Shown here in pieces: positions 9,276 through 19,708 of a DNA stretch of 64,000 bases. The stretch is from Desulfobacterales bacterium. GTDB lineage: Bacteria > Desulfobacterota > Desulfobacteria > Desulfobacterales > UBA2174. The position numbers were made by a program, and so were the translations under genes. The first letter of the stretch is position 1. Each line of letters starts with the position of its first letter. The stretch spans positions 160,001-224,000 of the forward strand of contig CAXXWC010000010.1 in the NCBI GenBank assembly GCA_963668645.2, given 5' to 3'. The notes beneath the pieces were generated by a model. The model saw only the letters and a list, made by a program, of their open reading frames with translations. It did no database searches and was not told the DNA's origin.

Positions 9276-10658
9276 CTAAGGTCGCCCCGGACCGGCAAAC
9301 CGCTCCAGGGTTCGCGCCGTGGCCGTATCCAGGGCAAACCGGGCCTGGTGCAGGGCCACCCGCGCCTGGGCCAGGCGTCCATCGGCCTGGACCAGATTGC
9401 GCTGGGCTTCGTTGAGACGGACCAGGGACGCCTGGCCGACGGCGTATTCTTTTTCCACCAGATCGCGGTGCCGGGCCACCAGGTCCGCGTTGCGGCGCTG
9501 GAGCCCGAGCTGGTCGGCCGCCGCCGCCAGTTCATCCAGGGCCTGGACGATCTCGGCCGAAACGTTCAACCGCCGGCTTTCCAGTTCCCTGGCCGTTGCG
9601 GTGCGGTTCTCGCGGGCTTCGGCCACCCGGGCGCGGTGATAGCCGCCGGCAAAGAGATTGAAGCTCAGCGACATCCCCATCCGGGTTTCAAAATCGTCCC
9701 CGCCCAAACGGGCGTCGTTGGTCCGGTCCCCATTCACGCCGGCCGCCAGGCTGACCGTCGGCCAGTAACCGGCCCGGGCGGCGCCGATTCCGGCTTCGGC
9801 CGCTTCCACCGCCTGTTCCCACTGGGACAGATCCGGTCTGTGGGTAAAGGCGTAGGCGACCTGATCACCCGCCTCGGGGACCGCCAGATCGGCGGCCGTC
9901 TCCCGGGCCAGATCGGCCAGGACCATCCCGTCGGGCAGGTGCGCATCGCCGTAGCCGAGCAGGGCCGCCAGACCGGTCAGGGCGGAAAGCTCCCGGCTGC
10001 GGGCGGTGATCAGCGTCCCATGGGCCGCGTTGACGGCCACCTCGAAGTTGAGCACGTCGCTGAGCGAGCCGGTGCCCACCTGCCGCCGGAGCCGCGCTTC
10101 CTCCATCAAGCGGCCGTTGTAGGCGGCGTCGGCCCGGGATATGGCCACCGATTCGCGGGCCAACTGGGCCCCGAAATAGGCGTCGGCCACGGCGGCCAGC
10201 AGCAAGCGCCGCGCGTCGTCGCGGGCCGCTGCCGTCTCGCCATGCCCGTAGCGGGCCTGAAGCAGTGCAAAACGGCGTGCGAAGCCGTCGAAGAGGGTCC
10301 AGGAGGCGGTCAGCCCGCCCTGGTAGTAGTCGACCGGATCCGCCAGGGTGGCCGCCGGATTCAGCGCCCGCATCTGCGCCAGGCTGGCTTGATAGTCGCT
10401 GTCGGCCATCTCGACCCTGGACACCCCGGCCGAGGCGTCCAGCCGCGGCCAGTATGCCGCGCGGGCCTGGTGCACCCGCTGTACGGCGCCCGCCACCCGG
10501 GCCGCCGCCGCGGCCAGGGTCGGATTGGCCGCCAGCGCGATGCGCCCGGCGCTTTCCAGATCGAGCACCCGGGGCGCTTCCGGCTGGCCGGCGTGCGCCA
10601 TGGGGCCGATCCATAGCATAATGGCAAGCGATGCAAAAATTTTTCGGATCCGTTTCAT
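9276..10658 (-). CDS. TolC-family outer membrane protein
   Basis: Signal peptide, ALAANP, ARAAYWP and ARAGYWP internal repeat, WTLFDG and FNLFAG. Confidence 0.88.
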   Translation of the reverse strand: MKRIRKIFASLAIMLWIGPMAHAGQPEAPRVLDLESAGRIALAANPTLAAAAARVAGAVQRVHQARAAYWPRLDASAGVSRVEMADSDYQASLAQMRALNPAATLADPVDYYQGGLTASWTLFDGFARRFALLQARYGHGETAAARDDARRLLLAAVADAYFGAQLARESVAISRADAAYNGRLMEEARLRRQVGTGSLSDVLNFEVAVNAAHGTLITARSRELSALTGLAALLGYGDAHLPDGMVLADLARETAADLAVPEAGDQVAYAFTHRPDLSQWEQAVEAAEAGIGAARAGYWPTVSLAAGVNGDRTNDARLGGDDFETRMGMSLSFNLFAGGYHRARVAEARENRTATARELESRRLNVSAEIVQALDELAAAADQLGLQRRNADLVARHRDLVEKEYAVGQASLVRLNEAQRNLVQADGRLAQARVALHQARFALDTATARTLERFAGPGRP

Positions 10659-10745
10659 GATCAACCGCCGAATTTTTTTACCCAAGGCCCTAAAAGGGCA
10701 TCTTCAACCCGGTTTCTTTCCTCTTGCCCCTGCCCGCGCTGCGGC

Positions 10746-13700
10746 CTAGCGCTCGGCGCCGAACACCGCCTCGGGCGGCCGGCAGGCCGGTGCCGGCCCA
10801 TCGCCGGTTTGCAGCGCCATCCGGTCTTCACGGCGCATCCGGGCCGGCTCAACTTCCTCGCGCAGCACCCAGCACCCCCTGCGGAGACGGTGGGCCGCCA
10901 GGCGCAGGTCGTTGAGAATGGCCATCAGGCTGGGCACCAGCACCAGGGTCAGGAGGGTGGCAAAGGCGACTCCGGCGGCCAGCGACAGGGCCATGGGAAT
11001 CAGAAAGCGTGCCTGGAGGTCCTGTTCCATGATCATCGGCGCCAGGCCGCCCACCGTGCTCACCGTGGTGAGGAAAATCGCCCGGAAACGGCGGCCGCCG
11101 CCGGTGCTCAAAGCTTCGAAAAAAGGCATCCCCCCAGCGATGTTCTCGTTGACCCGCTCGATGAGCACGATGGCGTCGTTAACCACCACCCCGGTCAGGG
11201 CCACCATGCCGAAAATACTCATGATCGACAGGTCGAAGCCGAGCAGCAGGTGGCCGAGCACCGCCCCGATGAACCCGAAAGGGATGGTGAACATGATCAC
11301 GAAGGGCTGGGCATAGGAGCGGAAAATGGTGGCGATGATGATGAAAATGCCCAGCACCGCCAGGGGGAATCCCACGTAAAGGGTGGCAAAGGATTCGCGC
11401 ATCTTCTTTTTTTCACCCTGGGCCGCGATGTAGCACTCCGGGTGCTGCCTGCGCAGTTGGGGAAAGAAGCCGGCCTCCAGTTCGGCGAAGATTTCGTTGG
11501 CGTTGGCCTTGTGGCTGTCCACCTCGGCGCTGACGGCCACCCGGCGCAGTCCGTCGGTGCGCGTGATGGTCGAATAGCCGGGCGAACGGTGCAGGTCGGC
11601 CACGGAGCGCAGCGGCACCTGGCGGCCGTCGGCCGTGCGGATGCGCAGGTGCTCCAGGCTGTCGGCCTGGCGCCGTTCACCGGCCGTGTAGCGCACCTTG
11701 ACGCGGATATCCTCCCGGCCGCGCTGCAATCGCAAAGCCTCGTCGCCGTAGTAGGCCGCGTTGACCTGGCGCGCCAGGTCTTCCACCGTCAGGCCCAGGG
11801 CACGCGCCTCGGGCTTCAGACTCAGGCGGATCTCTTCCTTGCCCGGTGAAAAATCCGAGCGGACCTGGAATACGCCCTCGAAGCGCTTCAGCCGGGCCAT
11901 CACGGCGTCAGCCGCCGTGAGGATCGATGGCATGTCATGGCCCTGGATCCAGATCTCGATGGGTGCCCCCGGAGGCCCGGCGTTCATCCCCTCGATGCTC
12001 AGGGACCGCAAACCGGGGATGATGCCGATCTCCTGTTCCCATGCCACCATGATGTCCTTGGAATGCACCCCGCGGCGCTCCGAGGCGAGCAAAATGGCCT
12101 GCACCGAGCCGACGTGGGGACCGGACTTGGGAATCTCCTGCAGGGTCTGGCCGGCGATGCTCAGCCGGTCGACCAGCATCGGTTCTCCGGAAATCGTGGG
12201 GGTATTCTGGTTGAGACGCAGCAGGGCCGCCTCCACCCTCTCGAGGGCCTCGCGGGTCACCTCGGCCGGGGTCCCGTCAGGGAATTCCAGCGTGGCGGTG
12301 GCCACGAAACCGTCGATGTCCGGAAAAACCACGAATTTGACGAACCCGCCGCGCACCAGGCCCACGGTGAGCAGCAGGAGGCTGACGGTGGTGCATGCGG
12401 AAATGTAGCGCCAGCGCATCGAATGGCGCAAAAAAGGCTGATAGACGCGCGCCACAAACCATTCCATCCCGTTGGCGATGGTACGCCGCACCCGCTCCAT
12501 GCGCCCGGCCAGGGTCCGCTTCCGGCCCAGGCCCTCCTTGGGATCGGGCAGGGTGCTCAGGTGGGCCGGCAGCAGGATGAGGCACTCGATCAGCGAGATG
12601 GCCAGGCAGGCCATGACCACCGCCGGCAGGATGCGGATAAATTTTCCCATGATACCGCCGACGTAGGCCAGCGGTAAAAAGGCCAGCATCGTGGTGGTGA
12701 CGGCCGCCACCACCGGCATGCCCACTTCGCTAACCCCGTCCACCGCCGCCCGCAACGGCGGCTTGCCCGCCTTTCGGTGCACGTAGATCGCCTCGCCCAC
12801 GATGATCGCGTCGTCCACCACGATCCCCAGCACCATGATGAAACCGAAAAGCGAGATCATGTTCAGGGTGCCGCCCATCCACCACAGGATCGCCAAGGCA
12901 CCGGCGATGGATACGGGGATGCCCATTCCGGCCCAGAAGGAAAGGCGCATATCGAGAAAGAGCCAGAGGGAGAAAAAGACGATGGCCAGGCCGATGAGTC
13001 CGTTTCTCATCAGCAGGTGGATGCGCGCCCGCAGCATCTCGGTGTTGTCGTAGAGGATGCGGAAATTGGCGCCCGCCGGCAGGGCCCGGCGCCGCTGATC
13101 GACGAAATGCTGCACCGCCTCGCTGATCTTCAGCGAGTCTTCTTCCTTGGTCTTGTAAACGATGAGCATCACGGCGCGCTCGCCGTTGATGCGGCCGCGC
13201 ACCGGGTCTTCAGTAAACCCGTCATCGATGGTCGCCAGGCGGTCGAGCGTCACGATATCGCCGCCGGGACGGGCCAGGACCACGATCCGGGCCAGTTCCT
13301 TGCCGGTGTACTTGCGGCCCATGGTGCGCACCCGGATCTCCTCGCCCTGGGTGCGGATCGTGCCCCCGGCCAGGTTGAGATTGCTGCGGCGCACCGCTTC
13401 GGTCACCTGGCCGAAGCTCAACCCGTATTCGCGCAGGCGCTCCTCTGAAATCTCGATGCCGATCTCGTAGTCCCTGGCCCCGAAGATCGCCACCTGGCTC
13501 ACCGGCTCGAGGGCCTGCAGTTCGTCCTTGATCTGCTCGGCCCACTCCTTGAGCCGGCGCTCGTTCATGTCGCCGCTCAAGTAAAGGAGCACCACCAGAT
13601 CCTTGAGGGTCATTTCGGTGATCACCGGAGCCTCGGCATCCGCCGGGAAGGTGGAGATGGCATCCACCTGGCTGCGCACCTTGTCGAGCACGTCCTGCAG

Positions 13701-14003
13701 TTCGTAGCTCTCTTTGACCTCGATGAGGGCCGTGCCGATATTTTCGCCGCTCTCGGTGGTGTATTGCTTGATCCCCTCGATCCCCTCGATGGCCTCCTCG
13801 ATCTTGCGGCTGATCCCTTCCTCGACCTCCTCGGGATCGGCACCCGGGTACGGCACCGAAATGGTGATCATGTCGAGGGAAAACTCGGGAAAATTCTCCC
13901 GGATCATCGACATCGCGGCGATCCCCCCGGCCACGAAGATCAGCAGGAGCACGATATTGGCAAAAACGGTGTTGCGGGCAAAAGCCGCCAGGAGGTTTCT
14001 CAT
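10746..14003 (-). CDS. RND efflux permease (second paralogue)
   Basis: 1085 aa; YPGADPEEVE, GIVVDDAIIVGE, RFRAIFLTT. Confidence 0.95.
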   Translation of the reverse strand: MRNLLAAFARNTVFANIVLLLIFVAGGIAAMSMIRENFPEFSLDMITISVPYPGADPEEVEEGISRKIEEAIEGIEGIKQYTTESGENIGTALIEVKESYELQDVLDKVRSQVDAISTFPADAEAPVITEMTLKDLVVLLYLSGDMNERRLKEWAEQIKDELQALEPVSQVAIFGARDYEIGIEISEERLREYGLSFGQVTEAVRRSNLNLAGGTIRTQGEEIRVRTMGRKYTGKELARIVVLARPGGDIVTLDRLATIDDGFTEDPVRGRINGERAVMLIVYKTKEEDSLKISEAVQHFVDQRRRALPAGANFRILYDNTEMLRARIHLLMRNGLIGLAIVFFSLWLFLDMRLSFWAGMGIPVSIAGALAILWWMGGTLNMISLFGFIMVLGIVVDDAIIVGEAIYVHRKAGKPPLRAAVDGVSEVGMPVVAAVTTTMLAFLPLAYVGGIMGKFIRILPAVVMACLAISLIECLILLPAHLSTLPDPKEGLGRKRTLAGRMERVRRTIANGMEWFVARVYQPFLRHSMRWRYISACTTVSLLLLTVGLVRGGFVKFVVFPDIDGFVATATLEFPDGTPAEVTREALERVEAALLRLNQNTPTISGEPMLVDRLSIAGQTLQEIPKSGPHVGSVQAILLASERRGVHSKDIMVAWEQEIGIIPGLRSLSIEGMNAGPPGAPIEIWIQGHDMPSILTAADAVMARLKRFEGVFQVRSDFSPGKEEIRLSLKPEARALGLTVEDLARQVNAAYYGDEALRLQRGREDIRVKVRYTAGERRQADSLEHLRIRTADGRQVPLRSVADLHRSPGYSTITRTDGLRRVAVSAEVDSHKANANEIFAELEAGFFPQLRRQHPECYIAAQGEKKKMRESFATLYVGFPLAVLGIFIIIATIFRSYAQPFVIMFTIPFGFIGAVLGHLLLGFDLSIMSIFGMVALTGVVVNDAIVLIERVNENIAGGMPFFEALSTGGGRRFRAIFLTTVSTVGGLAPMIMEQDLQARFLIPMALSLAAGVAFATLLTLVLVPSLMAILNDLRLAAHRLRRGCWVLREEVEPARMRREDRMALQTGDGPAPACRPPEAVFGAER

Positions 14004-15349
14004 GATGCCTCCCGGCCCTCATCGAGACGGCTGATCTCCAGCAGCGAGTTTTCCAGCGGGTCGACCAGGCGCGTGGTGATCACCAGGTCCCCCGGGGCGA
14101 GTCCTGCGGCGATGAACGCCAAATCATCCTCGACCCGGGCAACGGAGACCGCAACGGTCTTGAGCCGGTTGTCACGGGCCACGTAGACCGTGTCGTTGAG
14201 GCTCACGGACCAGCGGGGCACGGGGGCCACATTCTCCATCACGCGTCCGGGAATCTCGACCCGGCAGAACATTCCGTCCACCAGCGGCAAAACACCGGGC
14301 CCTGCCCCAAGCGCCTCTGCGGCCGTGACGCGCACCGCCACGGTGAGGGTGCGAGTGCCCGGGTCGAACTCCACCACCCGGTGCAGCCGGCCCATCCAGA
14401 CGTGGTCGTCGCTATCTTCGGTCCAGTTGATGCGCACCGGCTGCGGCACCAATCCGTTGAACCAGGCGCTGTTGCGGCCGGCCGCAGTCCCGTTGAAGCG
14501 CAGCCAGCGGCGGGCATCGCGGCTGTCCAGGGGCACCTGGATCTCCAGCAGGCTGTCGTCGGCCAGGGTCACGGCGACCTGGCCCGGGGAGACGAACTGC
14601 CCCGCTTCCAGGGATGCGTGCTTGACCCGGCCGGTAAAAGGCGCCTCGACCCGGCAGCGGGCCATGTTGGCCGCGGCCAGCGACCGGCCGGCCCGGGCCG
14701 CGGCCAGGCGGCTTTCGTTTTCGCGGATCTGCAAAGGGTAAAGCACCACGGCCTGGGCCATCAGATCCGCCTGGTCGGCTGCGGCGTTCATCGCCCGCTC
14801 GGCAGCGTCCACGCCGGAACGGGTGCCGACGCTGTGGGTTTCAAAGAGGGTTTGCAGGCGCTGGTATTCGGCCTGGGCCAGATCGCGGCTGCGCCGGAGG
14901 GTGACCAGCCGCTCGGCGTCAAGATTCTGCTGCTTTTTGAGCCGGGTAACAGCGCTTTCGAGCTGGGCCACGGCGGCCCGGGCTTCGTCCAAGGCTGCCT
15001 GGTAGTTGCGCGGATCGATCTCGAACAGGACTTCACCCGCATTGATCACGCTGCCGACCTCCAGCCGGGGATGGACCGCTTCGACCCGGCCGGAAACCTC
15101 GGGTGCGATGTTCACCTCGTTGAGGGCCCGCATCTCGCCATGGCCGCAAATCGTGACCGGCACGTTCCGGGGCGCAGCCTTGACAACCTCGACTTTCAGC
15201 GTCCGCTCCTTGGGCTTGGCCTCGGCCGGCGGCTTGCGCATGGAGGTCATCGCCGCCATGCCCGCAACCCCGGCCAGCAGAACGGCCGTGCATATGACGA
15301 TGCGCTTGAGCACATTGCCGGCCGTCACCGGAAGACGTTTCTCTTTCAT
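14000..15349 (-). CDS. RND periplasmic adaptor (MFP), second paralogue
   Basis: IAPEVSGRV, long coiled coil, VEAPFTG; start trimmed to ATG 15349 after GGAG; 4-nt overlap with the permease. Confidence 0.9.
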   Translation of the reverse strand: MKEKRLPVTAGNVLKRIVICTAVLLAGVAGMAAMTSMRKPPAEAKPKERTLKVEVVKAAPRNVPVTICGHGEMRALNEVNIAPEVSGRVEAVHPRLEVGSVINAGEVLFEIDPRNYQAALDEARAAVAQLESAVTRLKKQQNLDAERLVTLRRSRDLAQAEYQRLQTLFETHSVGTRSGVDAAERAMNAAADQADLMAQAVVLYPLQIRENESRLAAARAGRSLAAANMARCRVEAPFTGRVKHASLEAGQFVSPGQVAVTLADDSLLEIQVPLDSRDARRWLRFNGTAAGRNSAWFNGLVPQPVRINWTEDSDDHVWMGRLHRVVEFDPGTRTLTVAVRVTAAEALGAGPGVLPLVDGMFCRVEIPGRVMENVAPVPRWSVSLNDTVYVARDNRLKTVAVSVARVEDDLAFIAAGLAPGDLVITTRLVDPLENSLLEISRLDEGREAS

Positions 15350-15418
15350 TTGGGGACTCCACGTTTCGGGGCCGCAACTTTTGCCCGGGGACCTGAACCG
15401 TTTCACCAAAAAGCCGGA

Positions 15419-15913
15419 TCAGGCGGCCGGAATATTGGACGGCAGGTCATTGGCAAACATCACCTCGCGCACCGCCAGCATCACCTCGCACCATTTGCGG
15501 GTCATATCCGGACCGAGGCGCTGTACCAGACTGACAAAATCCTGGAGGATGACGTCATGAACCCGGTCGTAGTTCGCTTTGGCTTCCGGCGACAGGCGCA
15601 CCTGCACCCGGCGCCGGTCCTCGGGGTCCGGCTGGCGGGTCAACACGCCCCGTTCCACCAGCCGCTCGACCATGGCCGAGGCCGAAGGCGCCGACACGGC
15701 CAGCAGCGCGGCCAGCCGGGTGATGGAAAGCGGTTCATGGTCCTTGACGGCCATCATGGCAAGAATCTGGGCTAAGGACATCTCGGCCAAAGGAAGCGGC
15801 TGCTCAGCGGCCCGGCTGTGCCCGGCGCTTTGCATGCGCAGGGTCCGGTCGCGGATCAGCTTGCCGGTGGCCATGATCAGGACCGCCTGGCTTTGGGGAT
15901 CTTCGGGGATCAT
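15419..15913 (-). CDS. MarR family transcriptional regulator
   Basis: LAALLAVSAPSASAMVERLVERGVLTRQPDPEDRR wHTH signature; start uncertain (15913 or 15973). Confidence 0.9.
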   Translation of the reverse strand: MIPEDPQSQAVLIMATGKLIRDRTLRMQSAGHSRAAEQPLPLAEMSLAQILAMMAVKDHEPLSITRLAALLAVSAPSASAMVERLVERGVLTRQPDPEDRRRVQVRLSPEAKANYDRVHDVILQDFVSLVQRLGPDMTRKWCEVMLAVREVMFANDLPSNIPAA

Positions 15914-16031
15914 ATCGGCTCCGGAAGATAATCGGAGCTCGTCGGATCGGACGCTTTTGGCATATACATCCACATGGCGGCTCGTGCGACAAGTCCCTTT
16001 GACGATTTTTTTGGATAAATAAAAAAAATTA

Positions 16032-16084
16032 GTCTTTCTAAATATTAGAGAGACGCACTATATGGAATACGAATTTAATGTCAA
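16032..16084 (-). promoter_or_regulatory. Sigma70 promoter plus palindromic operator for the marR-RND operon
   Basis: Minus strand TTGACA (16079-16084), 16 nt, TATAGT (16057-16062); inverted repeat GTCTTTCTAA-ATA-TTAGAGAGAC (16032-16054, one mismatch) just downstream. Confidence 0.65.
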
Positions 16085-16195
16085 GCCCCATCCGTCCAGG
16101 ACAATCGGCACCGCTCCGGTTGACCGGCTCCCGGTTGGTGTTACCTTTCAACGAATTTACACGAACCGCATCGGTCGCAAGGAGGCCCGCAACGC

Positions 16196-18031
16196 ATGGA
16201 AAAACACCACAAGTTCTCACTTTGGTACATCATTCTCGGCATATGGGTAGTTCTGCTGGTACACAACCTGATCTTCTCGGCCATCGCCATCAAGACCATC
16301 CCCTACAGCGAGTTTTTAAAGCTGCTCGAAGCGGGCAAGGTCAGTGAAGTGGCGGTTTCGGCCAATCTGATCCAGGGCCGTCTGGCCGAAGGGGCCGCGG
16401 GGGGCGGCAGTCTCTTTCGCACCGTGCGCGTCGATCCGGAGGTCTCCCAGAAGCTCGAACGGTACAAGGTGACCTTCAAGGGTGAGATCGAATCGACCTT
16501 CCTGCACGACCTGCTCTCATGGGTGGTGCCCATCGTGCTCTTTGTGGGCATCTGGGCCTTCATGATCCGGCGCATGCAAAGCCAGCAGCCCGGATTCATG
16601 AGCCTGGGCAAGAACAAGGCCAAGATCTACATGCAGGAAGAGCTCGACGTGCGCTTTCCTGACGTGGCCGGGGTGGAAGAAGCCAAACAGGAGCTGGTGG
16701 AGGTGGTCCAGTTTCTAAAGGAACCGGAACGCTTCACCCGTCTGGGGGGCAAGATGCCCCGGGGGATCCTGCTGGTCGGCCCTCCGGGCACCGGAAAGAC
16801 CATGCTGGCCAAGGCCGTGGCCGGCGAAAGCGGTGTGCCCTTCTTTTCCATGAGCGGCTCGGAGTTCGTGGAGATGTTTGTCGGCCTGGGCGCCGCCCGG
16901 GTGCGCGACCTCTTCGTGCAGGCCAAGCAGAAAGCCCCTTGCATTATTTTCATCGACGAACTCGACGCTCTGGGCAAGGCCCGCGGGGTGGCCAGCATGG
17001 GCGGCCACGACGAACGCGAACAGACCCTCAACCAGCTTCTGGTGGAGATGGATGGTTTCGACCCCCAGGTGGGCGTGATCCTCATGGCAGCCACCAACCG
17101 GCCTGAAATTCTCGACCCGGCCCTGCTGCGGCCGGGACGCTTCGACCGCCAGGTGTTGGTGGACCGGCCGGACAAGGCGGGCCGTGAAGCGATCTTGAAA
17201 GTTCACCTGAAAACCATCCAGGCCACCGAAGAACTTGATGTGGAGCGCATCGCCGCCATGACCTCGGGCATGAGCGGGGCCGACCTGGCCAACCTGGTCA
17301 ACGAAGCGGCACTGCTGGCGGTGCGCCGTGACAAGGACATCGTGGGCATGGCCGAGTTCGAAGAAGCCGTGGAGCGGGTGGTGGCCGGGCTGGAAAAGAA
17401 GAACCGGCTGATCAACCCGGAGGAAAAAAAGATCGTGGCCTACCACGAACTGGGCCACGCCCTGGTGGCCCTGGACCTTCCCGGTACCGATCCGGTCCAG
17501 AAGATCACCATCGTGCCCCGGGGCATCGCGGCCCTGGGCTACACCATGCAGGTGCCCACCGAGGACCGTTTCCTGATGCGGCGCACCGAGCTGCTCAACA
17601 AGATCGCCACCTTGCTGGGGGGGCGGGCCGCCGAGGAAATCGTCTTCGGCGACATCTCCACCGGCGCCCACAACGATCTTTCCCGGGCCACGGACATCGC
17701 CCGCTCCATGGTGCGCGAATACGGCATGAGCCAGAAACTCGGGCAGGTCTATTTCGCAGGACCGCGCCGGTCCCAGTTTCTCGCCGGCATGCCTGAAGGG
17801 ACCCCCGAGTACAGCCAGGCCACGGCCGAGACCATCGACGCCGAGGTGCACGAAATCATCGCCGGCCAGTTCCGGGTGGCCCACGACATCCTCGTCAAAC
17901 GCCGCCCGGTCCTGGAAAAAGCGGCCGCCGTCCTGCTGGAAAAAGAAAAGATCGACGGCGAGGAACTCAAGCACCTGGCGGATGAAGTGTCCAGCCCAGC
18001 GGCAGACGCAGCATCCGGCCGCGATGCGTAA
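16196..18031 (+). CDS. ftsH: ATP-dependent zinc metalloprotease FtsH
   Basis: Two TM helices, [51 protein letters not shown]. Confidence 0.97.
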   Translation: MEKHHKFSLWYIILGIWVVLLVHNLIFSAIAIKTIPYSEFLKLLEAGKVSEVAVSANLIQGRLAEGAAGGGSLFRTVRVDPEVSQKLERYKVTFKGEIESTFLHDLLSWVVPIVLFVGIWAFMIRRMQSQQPGFMSLGKNKAKIYMQEELDVRFPDVAGVEEAKQELVEVVQFLKEPERFTRLGGKMPRGILLVGPPGTGKTMLAKAVAGESGVPFFSMSGSEFVEMFVGLGAARVRDLFVQAKQKAPCIIFIDELDALGKARGVASMGGHDEREQTLNQLLVEMDGFDPQVGVILMAATNRPEILDPALLRPGRFDRQVLVDRPDKAGREAILKVHLKTIQATEELDVERIAAMTSGMSGADLANLVNEAALLAVRRDKDIVGMAEFEEAVERVVAGLEKKNRLINPEEKKIVAYHELGHALVALDLPGTDPVQKITIVPRGIAALGYTMQVPTEDRFLMRRTELLNKIATLLGGRAAEEIVFGDISTGAHNDLSRATDIARSMVREYGMSQKLGQVYFAGPRRSQFLAGMPEGTPEYSQATAETIDAEVHEIIAGQFRVAHDILVKRRPVLEKAAAVLLEKEKIDGEELKHLADEVSSPAADAASGRDA

Positions 18032-18070
18032 CCTATCCCGCTTCACCTCCGGGAGGAAAGCCGAATAGCA

Positions 18071-18102
18071 AACGGCGGCCAAAAGGCCGCCGTTGTTGTT
18101 TT
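18071..18102 (+). terminator. Intrinsic terminator after ftsH
   Basis: AACGGCGGCC-AAAA-GGCCGCCGTT followed by GTTGTTTT, between convergent genes. Confidence 0.8.
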
Positions 18103-18124
18103 CTGTGCCCCAGGCTGCGGTGAG

Positions 18125-19102
<978 letters not shown>

Positions 19103-19220
19103 CGGGCCTCCTTTACGGGGCGTTAACGGGATTCGGATATCGGTCGGTTTTACGCTGTTTACAAATAATTTCAAGCCTTGCTGCAGCCCGATCCGGCAAT
19201 TGCGGCAAAACCGGGGGCAC

Positions 19221-19307
19221 TCAAAGACCGTAGGCCATGGTCAGCAGGGCGGCGACGGCCATGACCATTGCCATGGAGAGACATTCGAGGACCGCGTCCA
19301 AGAGCAT
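19221..19307 (-). CDS. Small hydrophobic peptide, 28 aa (MLLDAVLECLSMAMVMAVAALLTMAYGL)
   Basis: ATG preceded by GAAAGGAG; one TM-like segment; GC-ending codons; 31 nt downstream of the 56-aa ORF. Confidence 0.6.
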   Translation of the reverse strand: MLLDAVLECLSMAMVMAVAALLTMAYGL

Positions 19308-19338
19308 GGTCGACACTCCTTTCCATTTAAGGGCCGGC

Positions 19339-19509
19339 TCAAGCCGCCATCTGCTGGCTGTAAAAATCGAAGGCCTCGTCCACGCTGTCGAAGAGGATCC
19401 ACTCGCGCCAAACGATCCGCTGGCCGCGCTTGCGCACATGCGCCACGACGGTGTGGCCTTCGTATTCGAATCCATCCTGAATCTCTTTGGTCGAAACGGC
19501 TGATCCCAT
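19339..19509 (-). CDS. Small hypothetical protein, 56 aa (MGSAVSTKEIQDGFEYEGHTVVAHVRKRGQRIVWREWILFDSVDEAFDFYSQQMAA)
   Basis: Translated by hand (below the ORF-track cutoff); GGGAGG RBS 6 nt before ATG; about 75% G/C third positions; globular composition. Confidence 0.75.
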   Translation of the reverse strand: MGSAVSTKEIQDGFEYEGHTVVAHVRKRGQRIVWREWILFDSVDEAFDFYSQQMAA

Positions 19510-19564
19510 TTTGAACCTCCCGGATAAAAGGTTGACACGCGGCGTTCAACGCCATGATGAACCG

Positions 19565-19598
19565 AGTCTACCGGGCGGCTTTGACAGATACGGTCAAA
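19565..19598 (-). promoter_or_regulatory. Candidate WYL-regulator operator and -10 element for the small-ORF operon
   Basis: Perfect inverted repeat TTTGAC-N7-GTCAAA (19580-19598); minus strand reads TGTCAA-N10-TAGACT. Confidence 0.6.
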
Positions 19599-19708
19599 AC
19601 CAAAAATTTTACCGTCGTTTTTTTAAAGCCGGAAAATTTGGTATGGATACCCAAGACGCATCAAACGGTGCCGGCCAAAACTTCCCATTCCCATATAAGG
19701 ACAATCAG

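Noticed and set aside
19221..19555. Track ORFs 19221-19538, 19241-19555, 19237-19503 and 19200-19514
   Set aside because: No RBS and implausible composition; the 56-aa and 28-aa ORFs with strong RBS explain the region better
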